Below are positions 17,971 to 28,246 of a DNA stretch of 64,000 bases, one piece after another; positions within the stretch are counted from its first letter, which is position 1; each line of letters starts with the position of its first letter. Position numbers and translations under genes: made by a program. Below the pieces are notes generated by a model. The model was given only the letters and a program-made list of their open reading frames with translations. It was not told the origin of the DNA and made no database searches. Source of the stretch: a bacterium. GTDB taxonomy: Bacteria; Zhuqueibacterota; Zhuqueibacteria; Residuimicrobiales; Krinioviventaceae. The stretch is taken from assembly GCA_963674595.2 (NCBI GenBank), contig CAXXFV010000008.1, forward strand, positions 320,001 through 384,000, read 5' to 3'.

Positions 17971-18840
17971 TTATTGTTTCATACCTGTCAAACTGATCCC
18001 TTGAATGAAAAAACGTTGTGCCAGAAAAAACAAAATAACAATCGGTGTAATGACTACAATACTGGCAGCCATCAAATAGTTCCACTGAATGCCAAATGCG
18101 CTACCCATAGAACCTTTTACAAATTGCTGCAAAGACAGAGCAAGGGTATATTTATTCACATCCTCAAGGTAGAGTAATGGTGTAAAAAAATCGTTCCATG
18201 TCCAGATAAAAGTAAACACACCCACAACCATAATTGCCGGTTTACTGAGAGGCATTACAATTTTAAAGAAAATACCGATTTCACTGCATCCATCGATCCG
18301 TGCCGCTTCTATTAAGCTTTTAGGTATTCCCTTAAAAAATTCATGCAGTAAAAAAATGAAAAATGAACAGAATCCAAAAAAACTGGGTACCCATAACGGA
18401 TACAGTGTATCGTACCAGCCCAGATATTTAACAAACAAAACAAACGTCGGGATGGAAAGTACTATTGGCGGCATCATCATAACGGATAGCATGAGAATAA
18501 ATAGTGGCCGGTTCCAGCGGCATTGAAAGTGCGCAAAGCCGTATGCAACAATAGAACAGGAAAGGATGTTGCCGATAATATTCAAAAGAGTGATAACGAT
18601 AGAATTTTTTAATGATGGAAGAAAGTTAAACGGTCGGAAGCTGACTGAATCATCGAATAGCGCTTTCCAAAAATTTTCAAAATGGTATTCCCGTGGAATA
18701 AGTGATGGATTTGACGTAAACACTTCAATAGTGCTTTTTAATGCTGTCGTAAACATGGTGACTATTGGTAAAAACATCAAAATACATCCAACTATTAATA
18801 AAAAGTAGGTGAATAATCGAATTGTTTGAATTCTATTCAT
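17971..18840 (-). CDS. Carbohydrate ABC transporter permease (MalG-type)
   Basis: IPKSLIEAARIDG EAA loop, WNDF, QRFFIQG. Confidence 0.95.
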   Translation of the reverse strand: MNRIQTIRLFTYFLLIVGCILMFLPIVTMFTTALKSTIEVFTSNPSLIPREYHFENFWKALFDDSVSFRPFNFLPSLKNSIVITLLNIIGNILSCSIVAYGFAHFQCRWNRPLFILMLSVMMMPPIVLSIPTFVLFVKYLGWYDTLYPLWVPSFFGFCSFFIFLLHEFFKGIPKSLIEAARIDGCSEIGIFFKIVMPLSKPAIMVVGVFTFIWTWNDFFTPLLYLEDVNKYTLALSLQQFVKGSMGSAFGIQWNYLMAASIVVITPIVILFFLAQRFFIQGISLTGMKQ

Positions 18841-19738
18841 TGTAAAATACCCATTTTTTCTTCAAGTAGAATTGAATCAATGTCATAATGAGAATGACGA
18901 CTAAAAGAATCCATGCCAGCGCACATGCCAGTCCAAATCGGCCGTTTTCAAATGCCTGCTGATATATATTTAACACATAAAAAAGAACGGCCTTGTCGTT
19001 GACAGAGACAGTCGTGCCATTAAATTCCGTAAATATAAATGCTTGTGTGAACACCTGGAAGGCGCCGATAATGCCAATAATCACATTAAAAAATATAACT
19101 GGTGAGATATAAGGAACTGTGACATTGCGAAATCGTTGCCAACCGGAAGCGCCATCGATTGTGGCTGCATCCAGCAGTCCTTTTGGAACACCCTGTAGGC
19201 CTGCTAAAAAAATCATCATCGTATTGCCGAACGTCCAAATTGTGATGACAACGATACAGCCCAACACCAACTGTGGATTCTGCAACCAGTTCGGTCCCTG
19301 CACGCCAAACAGTTTCAAGTATAGCAGGTTGAGCACTCCGTATTTGGGATGAAATATCCACGCCCAGATAATCGTTGTTGCTACAACGGGTATCAGGGCC
19401 GGCAGAAAAAAGACCGTCCGGAAAATGGTGATCCCCCGGATGTTTTTTACGTTGAGCAACAATGCGGCAGCCAATGCAATGATAATATTGAGTGGTACAG
19501 CCAGTATAGTAAAGAGTGCTGTGACTTTTACAGAGTTTATAAAGTTGGGTTCAAATCCTTTTAAGATTGCCTTGTAATTCAGTAGGCCCACCCAACGCGG
19601 TGCTTCGATGATTGAATATTTTGTGAATGATAAATAGAGCGATGATAAAACAGGCCCCAGCGTAAACACTATGAAACCGATTAACCAGGGAGAGATGAAC
19701 AGGAAAAAATATTTTGTAGTAGCGTTTTTTTTTGTCAT
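18833..19738 (-). CDS. Carbohydrate ABC transporter permease (MalF-type)
   Basis: FLAGLQGVP..DAATIDGA EAA loop; FISPWLIGF. Confidence 0.95.
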   Translation of the reverse strand: MTKKNATTKYFFLFISPWLIGFIVFTLGPVLSSLYLSFTKYSIIEAPRWVGLLNYKAILKGFEPNFINSVKVTALFTILAVPLNIIIALAAALLLNVKNIRGITIFRTVFFLPALIPVVATTIIWAWIFHPKYGVLNLLYLKLFGVQGPNWLQNPQLVLGCIVVITIWTFGNTMMIFLAGLQGVPKGLLDAATIDGASGWQRFRNVTVPYISPVIFFNVIIGIIGAFQVFTQAFIFTEFNGTTVSVNDKAVLFYVLNIYQQAFENGRFGLACALAWILLVVILIMTLIQFYLKKKWVFYNE

Positions 19739-21105
19739 TCGTCAGATACTTTCAGGCAATTTTTTTCATAATCATATAATGGGTTTTTACGGTCGATCAT
19801 TTGCAAAAAGTTAGTGACAGTTTTGCTGATAATTTTTCCACATTGCTCAGGAGTGATTTCCTGGCGCAGCATACTGCGAATATAGGGTAAAGCTTGTGCC
19901 TGGGCCATTTGTTGAAATTCAGGAATTTGACATTGTTCGCGGCATTGTTCGAGTGCTTCATAAATAATATGCTTGTTTTGGGGATCTAGGATATAGCGTC
20001 CATCAGGGCCGCGTTTGTAAAAAACATCACGTGCAACAGATTGCCGAACCGGGGGCATTCCGGCATTGACGAATTTTACACGGTTTTCATAGTTGGTTAA
20101 ATATTTTATAAACTCCCAGGCTAATTCTTTATGTTTGCTTTTTTTATTGATTCCCAAACCAACTGATACTCGTTCACCACCTGGTTTATTGGCCGGACTT
20201 TTAGGTAACAGCGTCACATCCCAGTTAAATGTTGCTGAAGAACGCAACCCGATCCAGTTATCAATATGGCCGGTGAATTCCATTGCGGTTTGTTCGTTCA
20301 GGAATGGGTAATTATCCAAATCACGAGGTTGTGGGGATACCTTGTATTTGTTCACAATATCATTGAAAAATGTAAGGCCATTGATTGCTTCCTGGCTGTC
20401 CATTGGAGAATGTCGCCAATCGTCCGAGATAAAACGGCCCCCGGCTTTATGCACATGACTTAACCATTCAATCCACCATTGCGAAACAATGGATGTACCC
20501 CATTGAATTTGCTGACCCTGGTCATTATATCGGGCAAGTTTTTGGGCTGCCGTGATATAATCATCATATGTCCAGTTTTTTGTAGGAAGCGGCACACCCG
20601 CTCTGTTGAACATATCAATATTATAGTAAAGAAGGGATGTATTGAACCGATAAGGAATTGTCATCTGCCTGTTATCGTACCTGCCTGTTTTTAATAGTCG
20701 TTCAATAAAATCGTCCGGCTGAATTTCATTGCGATCCCGTTCTATTAAAGAGTCTAGTGGCATAAGGCAGTTACGATAACGATAGAGAAAAAACGTATTG
20801 GGAGACATAATGTCCGGCAACATATTCGCGGCTTCAAGAATGGAAAGTTTTTTTCTAATATCATCCACCCAGATAATGAGAACATCGGGGTGTTCTTTTT
20901 CAAAATTTGCCTTTACTTCGTCCCAGGCTTGTCCCACTTCGGGCAAGCGCATTTCAAATGCAACTCGAATAATTTTTTTTTCGGGGTATTTTTTTTCGAG
21001 TGATTTGGAATGCGTCAATGAAATGAGAATTATGGTTGAAATTGTGAGTCCCAGCCATGCTAATGTATAACGATCGAAACAGATTTTATTAAAAAATGTT
21101 CTCAT
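19735..21105 (-). CDS. Sugar ABC transporter substrate-binding protein
   Basis: LLYYNIDMF..P..WTYDD, SKHKELAWEFIKYL; N-terminal hydrophobic segment. Confidence 0.9.
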   Translation of the reverse strand: MRTFFNKICFDRYTLAWLGLTISTIILISLTHSKSLEKKYPEKKIIRVAFEMRLPEVGQAWDEVKANFEKEHPDVLIIWVDDIRKKLSILEAANMLPDIMSPNTFFLYRYRNCLMPLDSLIERDRNEIQPDDFIERLLKTGRYDNRQMTIPYRFNTSLLYYNIDMFNRAGVPLPTKNWTYDDYITAAQKLARYNDQGQQIQWGTSIVSQWWIEWLSHVHKAGGRFISDDWRHSPMDSQEAINGLTFFNDIVNKYKVSPQPRDLDNYPFLNEQTAMEFTGHIDNWIGLRSSATFNWDVTLLPKSPANKPGGERVSVGLGINKKSKHKELAWEFIKYLTNYENRVKFVNAGMPPVRQSVARDVFYKRGPDGRYILDPQNKHIIYEALEQCREQCQIPEFQQMAQAQALPYIRSMLRQEITPEQCGKIISKTVTNFLQMIDRKNPLYDYEKNCLKVSDE

Positions 21106-22724
21106 ACCCGGGCTCCAGTCGCCTCAAATACCAATACCCAATCGTTAAATGTTGGCTGAAGCGGGACCTGCCAACAGTAATTGGTGTCTGGTTCAATTTT
21201 ACCAATAGGGTGTTCATCACCGGTTCGTGGATCCCAGAAAAAAGCTGAATAGATAACATCAGGTTCTATTGCCAGAATTGATATCCGCTTATCAAGCCAG
21301 GGAAAAGTTGGTTCGTAGAAATAAATAATCCGTACCTGTCCCGGAATTCCTGCTGCGAACAGAGCCCTGACATTTTTCGGGTTTCCAGCGGGATCGACCC
21401 ATTCCTGATGCGGTTCAAATTCCCACCAACGATATCGTTCCAAAAATTGTCGCGCAAGACCGAGTTGCTGTGAACCGGCAAGTTGGCAGGCGTCCTGCCA
21501 GGGAGTGTTTCCCCAATTCCCGCCGTGAGGTGAAGGCCCATATGGCTTTTCTTTTGTATTGAGCTGCCAAATCCCGTTTGCACCATATGTGTGTCCGGCT
21601 GTACCTGAAAGAATAGATGACCAAAAGGTAAGCCGCTGTACTTCATCCTGTGTACCGTGGATAATGCCTTCATAATTCACTTCCCCAACCAACACTGGCA
21701 TGGTTGGTATACGTTGGTACTCACGACAAATACAATCAACTGTATTTTGCACAGATTCGTAGCCGCCGTGACCGGTTTGCAGCATATCAAAATCAATAAC
21801 AGAATCATCTTTTACCTGGTCACGCCCAATCTGATTTGGGTGGATTGTGATGAGGCGGGAATAGGGATCAATTTCCCGTACAAACCTGCCGATTTCTGTC
21901 CAGCCGGTTAGCTGTATTTTTTTATCAGCTTCTTTATCATTACTTAAATAGTAAGGCATTGAAGCTTCACCCGCAAGGCACCAGACAATCGGATAGGCCC
22001 CCCAACGGGCAATTAGATTTCGCCAATGCTGTTTCATTTTGTTTATGCCAAGAAGCGGTAGATAATAACCCCAGGAACCAATAATACACGGCACCAGACC
22101 GTTTTGCACGAGCCAACAAATACGCAAGTCTGCTGCGTCGAAATAGGCCGGATTGATTCGTGAATAATCACGTTCCCATGGGAAGCCGGCTTCATTAGCG
22201 CCACGTTCGTCAAATCCCGGCATGTCAGGATAGAGCCCGGCGATAATCTGGATAACGGTGAAGCCTTTAGCTGCCCGATCAGCAATAAGCAGTTGGTAAT
22301 CATCGGGCCAGGACATCCGTTTACACAGCCCCATCCACAACGTGTCACCAAGCCAAAAGAAGGGTGTTCCATCGGCATGTTCGAATGTGCGTTTTGAACC
22401 AGCAATGCGCAATGGACCATGAATAAATAGTGGATTATTGCCTTGATACGGTGTGGCTTCCAGGGAGTGTTTAACACCATGCAATTTGAAATCAGATGTA
22501 TCAGTACAAATTGTTGTAATGTGATATTTCCCGGAGTGGGGAGGAGAAAACCGCACCCGCCATTCCTGATCGCCTGCCCAAAATGCAGGTATACGCCAGG
22601 AGCTACCACCACCATGTGTGATAATAACATCAAGTTCTATTGTATTGAACGGGTCATCATGTTGTTGTGTCGAAAGATAGCTCCACTCGGTTACTTGTTT
22701 TTCAATAGCAAAATGGCATTTCAT
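21102..22724 (-). CDS. DUF4038 (apiosidase-like, GH140-related) hydrolase with DUF5060 N-domain
   Basis: WRVRFSP, DGTPFFWLGDT, KGFTVIQ, WCLAGE, QTGH, EVNYEG, GHTYG; likely start ATG 22724. Confidence 0.85.
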   Translation of the reverse strand: MKCHFAIEKQVTEWSYLSTQQHDDPFNTIELDVIITHGGGSSWRIPAFWAGDQEWRVRFSPPHSGKYHITTICTDTSDFKLHGVKHSLEATPYQGNNPLFIHGPLRIAGSKRTFEHADGTPFFWLGDTLWMGLCKRMSWPDDYQLLIADRAAKGFTVIQIIAGLYPDMPGFDERGANEAGFPWERDYSRINPAYFDAADLRICWLVQNGLVPCIIGSWGYYLPLLGINKMKQHWRNLIARWGAYPIVWCLAGEASMPYYLSNDKEADKKIQLTGWTEIGRFVREIDPYSRLITIHPNQIGRDQVKDDSVIDFDMLQTGHGGYESVQNTVDCICREYQRIPTMPVLVGEVNYEGIIHGTQDEVQRLTFWSSILSGTAGHTYGANGIWQLNTKEKPYGPSPHGGNWGNTPWQDACQLAGSQQLGLARQFLERYRWWEFEPHQEWVDPAGNPKNVRALFAAGIPGQVRIIYFYEPTFPWLDKRISILAIEPDVIYSAFFWDPRTGDEHPIGKIEPDTNYCWQVPLQPTFNDWVLVFEATGARV

Positions 22725-23079
22725 ATCAACTCTCAAATTTCGAATATTTATGAACGTTTAATAAATATTTTGCTTATAAATCTATGTCGTATATGCTTGT
22801 AGGTACCTGTTATACAACAAAAGATTTGTTTTGAACATAAATTACTAGTTTACTTTTTCAACCATTTCCCTTCTTGTGGGTTTTACCGGCATTTTGTTAT
22901 GATGGTGTAAGTCGTTGAAATAAAATGCTTTGAATGTTTTTACAAGCTTTGAAGTACATTTTTAGAAAATTGAGTATAGTTATTTTCGGCTTTTAGAGTA
23001 ATTCTTATTATGCTTAATGTTTCTACCCCACTTAATTCCATAAATCTGATTTGGACAATAGAATGAAATTTTCAATCAA

Positions 23080-23270
23080 ATTCAATCTTTTCTTTATATA
23101 TGCTTAAAAAATATGTGGTTAAAATTGGAAAATCAGCTAAAGGCCTATTCGAATTTTTTAAATGTCGAATTATCCTGTTGCACTGGTAAAAGAATAATAT
23201 ACATTCTGCAAAATTATCGCAAGCGGTTTTTTAAAAACTGGGAAATATTGCGTCGGTAGATTTATCCGGG
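23080..23270 (-). repeat. Promoter-bearing dispersed repeat, copy 2
   Basis: Direct repeat of 17590-17780 at about 5.49 kb offset; TTGCGA-N17-TATTAT at 23222-23194. Confidence 0.9.
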
Positions 23271-23516
23271 ATCGAAATATTAAATGATAGAATACGGGTG
23301 GGTTTCGTTCCTGTTATGTTGTATCATATTTTGTTGTTTATAAATTTCTCATTGAGGGTATATCTTGACTTAGATTTGCGAATCGAATTTATTAAAATAG
23401 AACTTGTTTTTTGTGCAAATTTCTTATACTTTTATAATCTATCACAGCTATCATATTTAAAGACAGCCCTTGGAGCTGATAAGAATAAGCACCCAACAAA
23501 GATTTATGCTTTCTCT

Positions 23517-24368
23517 ATGAATATCCCCATATTTATTATTAATTTACGCAGATGTCCCGATAGAAAATTGCAAATCACCCGCCAACTGCAGCGTATGAAT
23601 CTCGCCTATGAAATCGTTGAGGCAATAGATGGCAATGATATATCGGACAATGAGATGGCCGTTACATATAAAGATGTCATCTTTTACCGGGGATTTTTGC
23701 ATTCCAGATACCTTGAGAAAGGTGAGATCGGCTGCCTTTTAAGCCATTTAAAAGTTTTTCGAAAAATAGTTGAGAATGATATTGCTTTTGCCTGTATCCT
23801 TGAGGATGATGTTATTTTGGAAAAAGATTTTCCAGGTATTCTTGATCTCAATGTACACTCAGATAAGAATTGGGATATTTTATTAATTGGGCATCTGCCA
23901 AAGTATGAAAACAAAAAAACCTGTTATGTTGATTGTGTAATAGATGAATTTTCATATTATGAGAACTATTTTATGGGGATTCCTATTGAACATCCCAAGG
24001 GTACTCATGCATATATTATTAAAAAGGAAACCGCAAAAAAAATTTTAGATTATGCCTATCCAATACGAATGCCGGCTGACTTTCTTTGGGTTGATAATCA
24101 TAAAATTGGGGTTAAGCTGTCTTTGTTAACGCCTCCATTAGCTTTTCAGGACCGTGAACACTTTCCTTCAACAATATATAATCGGGAAAAGCCGCAATAT
24201 ATAAATCCAATTATGAGTTATTATCGTATCACTAAATTGTATGTTAAGAAAAAATTTCCAACCTTATTCCCTGTATTAAAAACAGGTCGTTTATGTTTTG
24301 ACCGAATAACAAAAGCACCTGTTGTATTTTATCGAAAATCTAAAATCATAAAAATACCAAAATTATAA
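23517..24368 (+). CDS. Glycosyltransferase family 25
   Basis: IFIINLRR..DRK, EAIDG, GEIGCLLSH, ILEDD; start moved to ATG 23517. Confidence 0.9.
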   Translation: MNIPIFIINLRRCPDRKLQITRQLQRMNLAYEIVEAIDGNDISDNEMAVTYKDVIFYRGFLHSRYLEKGEIGCLLSHLKVFRKIVENDIAFACILEDDVILEKDFPGILDLNVHSDKNWDILLIGHLPKYENKKTCYVDCVIDEFSYYENYFMGIPIEHPKGTHAYIIKKETAKKILDYAYPIRMPADFLWVDNHKIGVKLSLLTPPLAFQDREHFPSTIYNREKPQYINPIMSYYRITKLYVKKKFPTLFPVLKTGRLCFDRITKAPVVFYRKSKIIKIPKL

Positions 24369-24375
24369 TTCAAAT

Positions 24376-25209
24376 ATGAAAAAGCAGGTTGATGAACATA
24401 AAATAGTGCCCATAAAACGGCCGAAAATGAATTTTGCCGAGTTGTGGCGATATAGAGAATTATTGTATTTTTTTGCCTGGCGTGATATAAAAGTAAAATA
24501 TAAACAGACGTTGTTGGGTGTATTTTGGGCCCTTTTACAGCCATTGGGATTAATGATATTGTTTAGTGTTATCTGGGCAAAAGCACTAAAACTTGGCACA
24601 ACAGAACTGCCCTACCCGGTATTTGCCTATTCAGGTCTTCTTTACTGGGGATTGTTTTCCTTTGCAATTTCCAGCGCCGGAAATAGTATGATCTCGAATG
24701 CAAATATCATAAAAAAAATTTATTTTCCCAGAACGATCATTCCTATTGCTTCTGTTCTGGTTGCCGGATTCGATTTTGCAATAACATTTCTTTTGTTTAT
24801 TGTGCTGCTTTTTATTTACAATACTCCATTAAGCATTTTGCGCTGTATTTATCTTTTTCCGATGAGTATTTTTATTACCGTTGTGTCTGCTTTGGGACTG
24901 AGTTTTATAACGGCAGCAGCCAATATTACTTATAGAGATTTTAGATATGTACTTCCCTTTATATTGAGAATTGTTTTTTTCCTGTCTCCAATTGTCATTC
25001 CCTTTTCGTCTATTGATTCGAATACCATTCAAACATTTTTATCATTTAATCCGTTGACGGGGGCCATTGCTCTGACACGCGCTGCTATTAGCGGAAATGA
25101 AATAAATGTAATGCTGACTGTTAAAAGTATTACCGTTTCCATTATGTTATTATTAACAGGATTTGTTGTTTTTAAAAAATCAGAATTATACATTGCAGAT
25201 CGACTATGA
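24376..25209 (+). CDS. wzm: ABC-2 polysaccharide export permease
   Basis: ELWRYRELL..RDIKVKYKQTLLGVFWALLQP, KIYFPR, YRDF, NPL. Confidence 0.9.
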   Translation: MKKQVDEHKIVPIKRPKMNFAELWRYRELLYFFAWRDIKVKYKQTLLGVFWALLQPLGLMILFSVIWAKALKLGTTELPYPVFAYSGLLYWGLFSFAISSAGNSMISNANIIKKIYFPRTIIPIASVLVAGFDFAITFLLFIVLLFIYNTPLSILRCIYLFPMSIFITVVSALGLSFITAAANITYRDFRYVLPFILRIVFFLSPIVIPFSSIDSNTIQTFLSFNPLTGAIALTRAAISGNEINVMLTVKSITVSIMLLLTGFVVFKKSELYIADRL

Positions 25210-26438
25210 GTTCGATAATAAAAGTTCATTCCATATCCAAAAGTTTTGTCAGGCGTTTAAACCGGCAACGTTATTTGACATTAAGAGAAATGTTGTCCGG
25301 ATTTTATAGGAAAAACTCGAAAGAAACGTTCTGGGCCCTAAAAAACATTTCTTTTCACGTTGAGGCGGGTGAAACCGTGGGTATTATCGGTGAAAACGGT
25401 GCCGGTAAAACAACATTGTTAAAGCTCCTTGCCAGGATTACACCGCCCAATGAGGGCGAGATTGTCATTCGGGGACGAGTGGCAAGTCTGCTTGAAGTCG
25501 GAACAGGCTTTCATCCTGAATTAACCGGACGGGAAAATATATTATTTAACGGGGCCATTCTGGGCCTGACCCGAAAACAAATATTAAAAAAGTTCGATGA
25601 AATCGTAGCTTTTTCAGAAACAGGCCGATTTCTGGACACACCACTCAAACATTATTCAACCGGTATGTCCGCGCGTTTGGCATTTTCAGTTGCCGCTCAT
25701 TTGGACCCTGATATTTTATTCATTGACGAGGTTTTATCTGTCGGAGATACGGCGTTTCAGGAACGATGTTTGACAAAGATGAATGACCTGTCAAAATCGG
25801 GAAGGACGGTTTTATTCGTCAGCCATAATCTTGCTGCCATCAGGCAGTTGTGCAATCGGTGTTTGTATATTTCCAACGGGGTCCTTGTCCAGGACGGACC
25901 GGTTGATGAAATTATAGACACTTATCTTTCACATAATCTAATCCGTCAAAACGGGGTTGTTGATTTTACTCAAAAAGGTGCACCGTCTGATTCGAAACCG
26001 ATAAAATTCACAAAAATAGAATTTCGAAATCAGGCAGATGTTTTGACCAACCAATTTTATCTACACGACGATTTGTATATTCATTTGTTTCTCGAATCTT
26101 TTGAAAAAATTCAAACCGTTAAAATCATCTTTAATATCGCGGACATGAACGGGAAAAAAATATGTACTGTTTATGATTCGGACTCCGGATTTACCCTGAC
26201 TAATGTGTCGGGAGAGAGACATCTCTCTATTTGTATGAAAGACCTCAGGTTTTATCCCGGAGATTATACGCTTGATATAGAATTACGCAGCGAGACTTAT
26301 AAATACCAATTTGACTCTTATGATACAGTAACGGGAATTACCTTAAAAATTTTAAATACAACAGTTGTGAATCGTACACTAAAGCATGATGCCGGGGTGA
26401 TTTATGTTACCCCTGAATGGAAAGAATATAATACCTGA
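25206..26438 (+). CDS. wzt: Polysaccharide export ATPase with Wzt C-terminal domain
   Basis: FWALKNISF, Walker A GENGAGKT, YSTGM..RLAFSVA, IDEVLSVGD; about 160-aa C-terminal extension. Confidence 0.92.
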   Translation: MSSIIKVHSISKSFVRRLNRQRYLTLREMLSGFYRKNSKETFWALKNISFHVEAGETVGIIGENGAGKTTLLKLLARITPPNEGEIVIRGRVASLLEVGTGFHPELTGRENILFNGAILGLTRKQILKKFDEIVAFSETGRFLDTPLKHYSTGMSARLAFSVAAHLDPDILFIDEVLSVGDTAFQERCLTKMNDLSKSGRTVLFVSHNLAAIRQLCNRCLYISNGVLVQDGPVDEIIDTYLSHNLIRQNGVVDFTQKGAPSDSKPIKFTKIEFRNQADVLTNQFYLHDDLYIHLFLESFEKIQTVKIIFNIADMNGKKICTVYDSDSGFTLTNVSGERHLSICMKDLRFYPGDYTLDIELRSETYKYQFDSYDTVTGITLKILNTTVVNRTLKHDAGVIYVTPEWKEYNT

Positions 26439-27265
26439 TGTGTCCGTTACCTGAAATATCGGTTATTACAGCTTGTTATAATCATGGCCGGTTTATCGGC
26501 GACATGATTGATTCTATTTTGGAACAAACTTTACAAAAATTTGAACTGATCATCGTCAATGATGGCTCTACAGACACGACTACAGCAGAATTGGATAAAT
26601 GGGACCATCCTCAAATAAAAGTGCTTCATACTGAAAACCAGGGGCCATCTGCCGCAAGGAATTTGGCAATTCGGCATGCCCGCTCAGAAATTATTTTTAA
26701 TATTGATGCAGATGACAAAGCCGCCCCTGAATTGCTTGAAAAAGTATATGGTTTTACAGTATCTCATCCCGATTGGAGCATTATCTATACCGATTTGGAG
26801 TATTTTGGTGCAAAAAAAGCCCCTTATGTTCTTGAAGATTATTCGCTAAATACGATACTTTATAAAAATGTGATAGGATCTCAATCGTTTTTTAGAAAAT
26901 CTGACTGGCAACGTGTCGGAGGATATTCTGAAAATTTAGTTCATGGCCTTGAAGATTGGGATTTTTGGCTGTCGATTATTGAATTGGGGGGACAGGTTTA
27001 CAAAATCCCTGAACCACTCGTCTATTATCGTCAATATAAAAATCCTTCTGATTGTCGGTCCGGGCGGTTGCGTCTCAAACCCCGAAAATCGCGAAAGACG
27101 ATACTGGCAATATTTCATCGCCATATTGATTTATACCAACGAGAACCGGATGCTTTTGAATATTATTTAAATCTGGAAAAAAAGTGGGCTGGTCAGAATA
27201 AAATAATTCAACGTTTGAAGGACATTTATATATCAGTTGAAATCAGAAAGAATTACAATGACTGA
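26438..27265 (+). CDS. Glycosyltransferase family 2
   Basis: ISVITACYN, VNDGSTD, ARN, DADD, EDWDFW. Confidence 0.92.
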   Translation: MCPLPEISVITACYNHGRFIGDMIDSILEQTLQKFELIIVNDGSTDTTTAELDKWDHPQIKVLHTENQGPSAARNLAIRHARSEIIFNIDADDKAAPELLEKVYGFTVSHPDWSIIYTDLEYFGAKKAPYVLEDYSLNTILYKNVIGSQSFFRKSDWQRVGGYSENLVHGLEDWDFWLSIIELGGQVYKIPEPLVYYRQYKNPSDCRSGRLRLKPRKSRKTILAIFHRHIDLYQREPDAFEYYLNLEKKWAGQNKIIQRLKDIYISVEIRKNYND

Positions 27266-28196
27266 TCCCATCTTTTCCATTATTATTCCAACCTATAAAC
27301 GTCCCCGTTTGTTGGAAAGGGCTGTCAGGAGTGTTTTGGATCAGACGTTTAAAAATTTTGATTTGATTGTGATTGATGATGGAAATGATCCAGATACGGT
27401 TCATGTCATAAACCAAATGAACGACAGCCGCATTATTCTTGTCCAGCACAATAAAACAAGCGGCGCTGCTGCGGCATACAATACCGGAATAAAAGCCTCA
27501 AAAGGAACTTTAATAACTTTTCTTGGTGATGATGATGAATATTTACCGCTGTTTTTAGAATATGTTTATAAAACATTTCAAAATACAGACCCGGCTGTTG
27601 GTTTTTTGTGGACGGCTATTGCCAATGTAAGGGATGAGGACGATGCAGAGATTGCGTTGAATACCAGAAAATGGCCTGATCATTTCGAGGATAAAGAGAA
27701 AGGATTGATCGAGGCGACAACAATAGGCAATGGTTTTGGATTCTGTATGAAAAAAAGTTGTGTTGAAAGAATCGGATATTTTGATGAAACGTTGCCTGTT
27801 TGTGTTGATACGGAATATTTATTTCGTCTTGTCAAACATTTTGATTTTGTTACAATTCCTCAGGTTTTGACTAAAATTCATTATCATAAGAATGGACAGT
27901 TAACAGACATTCGATTTTATCAAGACCGCCTGAAAATTCATGAGAAAATTTTAAATGAGAATAGCCTGTTTTTAAAGCAATATCCAAAAGTCAAATATGT
28001 ACACTATCAGCGTTTGATTCAGATGAGTTATGAACATAATTTAAAAAACAATGGCCGCAGATTATTAATAAAACAGCTAAAAAGCCAACCAGCCCGATAC
28101 CGGTTATATTGGGATTTTATATGTTTTGGAATCCTTGGCAAGCCTTTCCGAACTTATCTGAGACAGCTTTTACATAAATTACACAATACGAGATAA
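27258..28196 (+). CDS. Glycosyltransferase family 2
   Basis: FSIIIPTYKR, VIDDG, FLGDDD; start ATG 27258 overlaps the previous stop. Confidence 0.92.
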   Translation: MTDPIFSIIIPTYKRPRLLERAVRSVLDQTFKNFDLIVIDDGNDPDTVHVINQMNDSRIILVQHNKTSGAAAAYNTGIKASKGTLITFLGDDDEYLPLFLEYVYKTFQNTDPAVGFLWTAIANVRDEDDAEIALNTRKWPDHFEDKEKGLIEATTIGNGFGFCMKKSCVERIGYFDETLPVCVDTEYLFRLVKHFDFVTIPQVLTKIHYHKNGQLTDIRFYQDRLKIHEKILNENSLFLKQYPKVKYVHYQRLIQMSYEHNLKNNGRRLLIKQLKSQPARYRLYWDFICFGILGKPFRTYLRQLLHKLHNTR

Positions 28197-28246
28197 TCTC
28201 ATGATACTCTTATAAATGAGAGTTGTTTGATTTTAGAATAATTTTT

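Noticed and set aside
22043-22633. Long alternative-frame or antisense ORFs (also 39661-40182, 43413-43916, 48456-49238)
   Set aside because: They overlap well-supported genes and have no motifs; shadow ORFs.
22907-22925. GTAAGTCGTTGAAATAAAA, reminiscent of motifs near ends of integrative elements
   Set aside because: Single short match, no tRNA or recombinase nearby; cannot be distinguished from chance.
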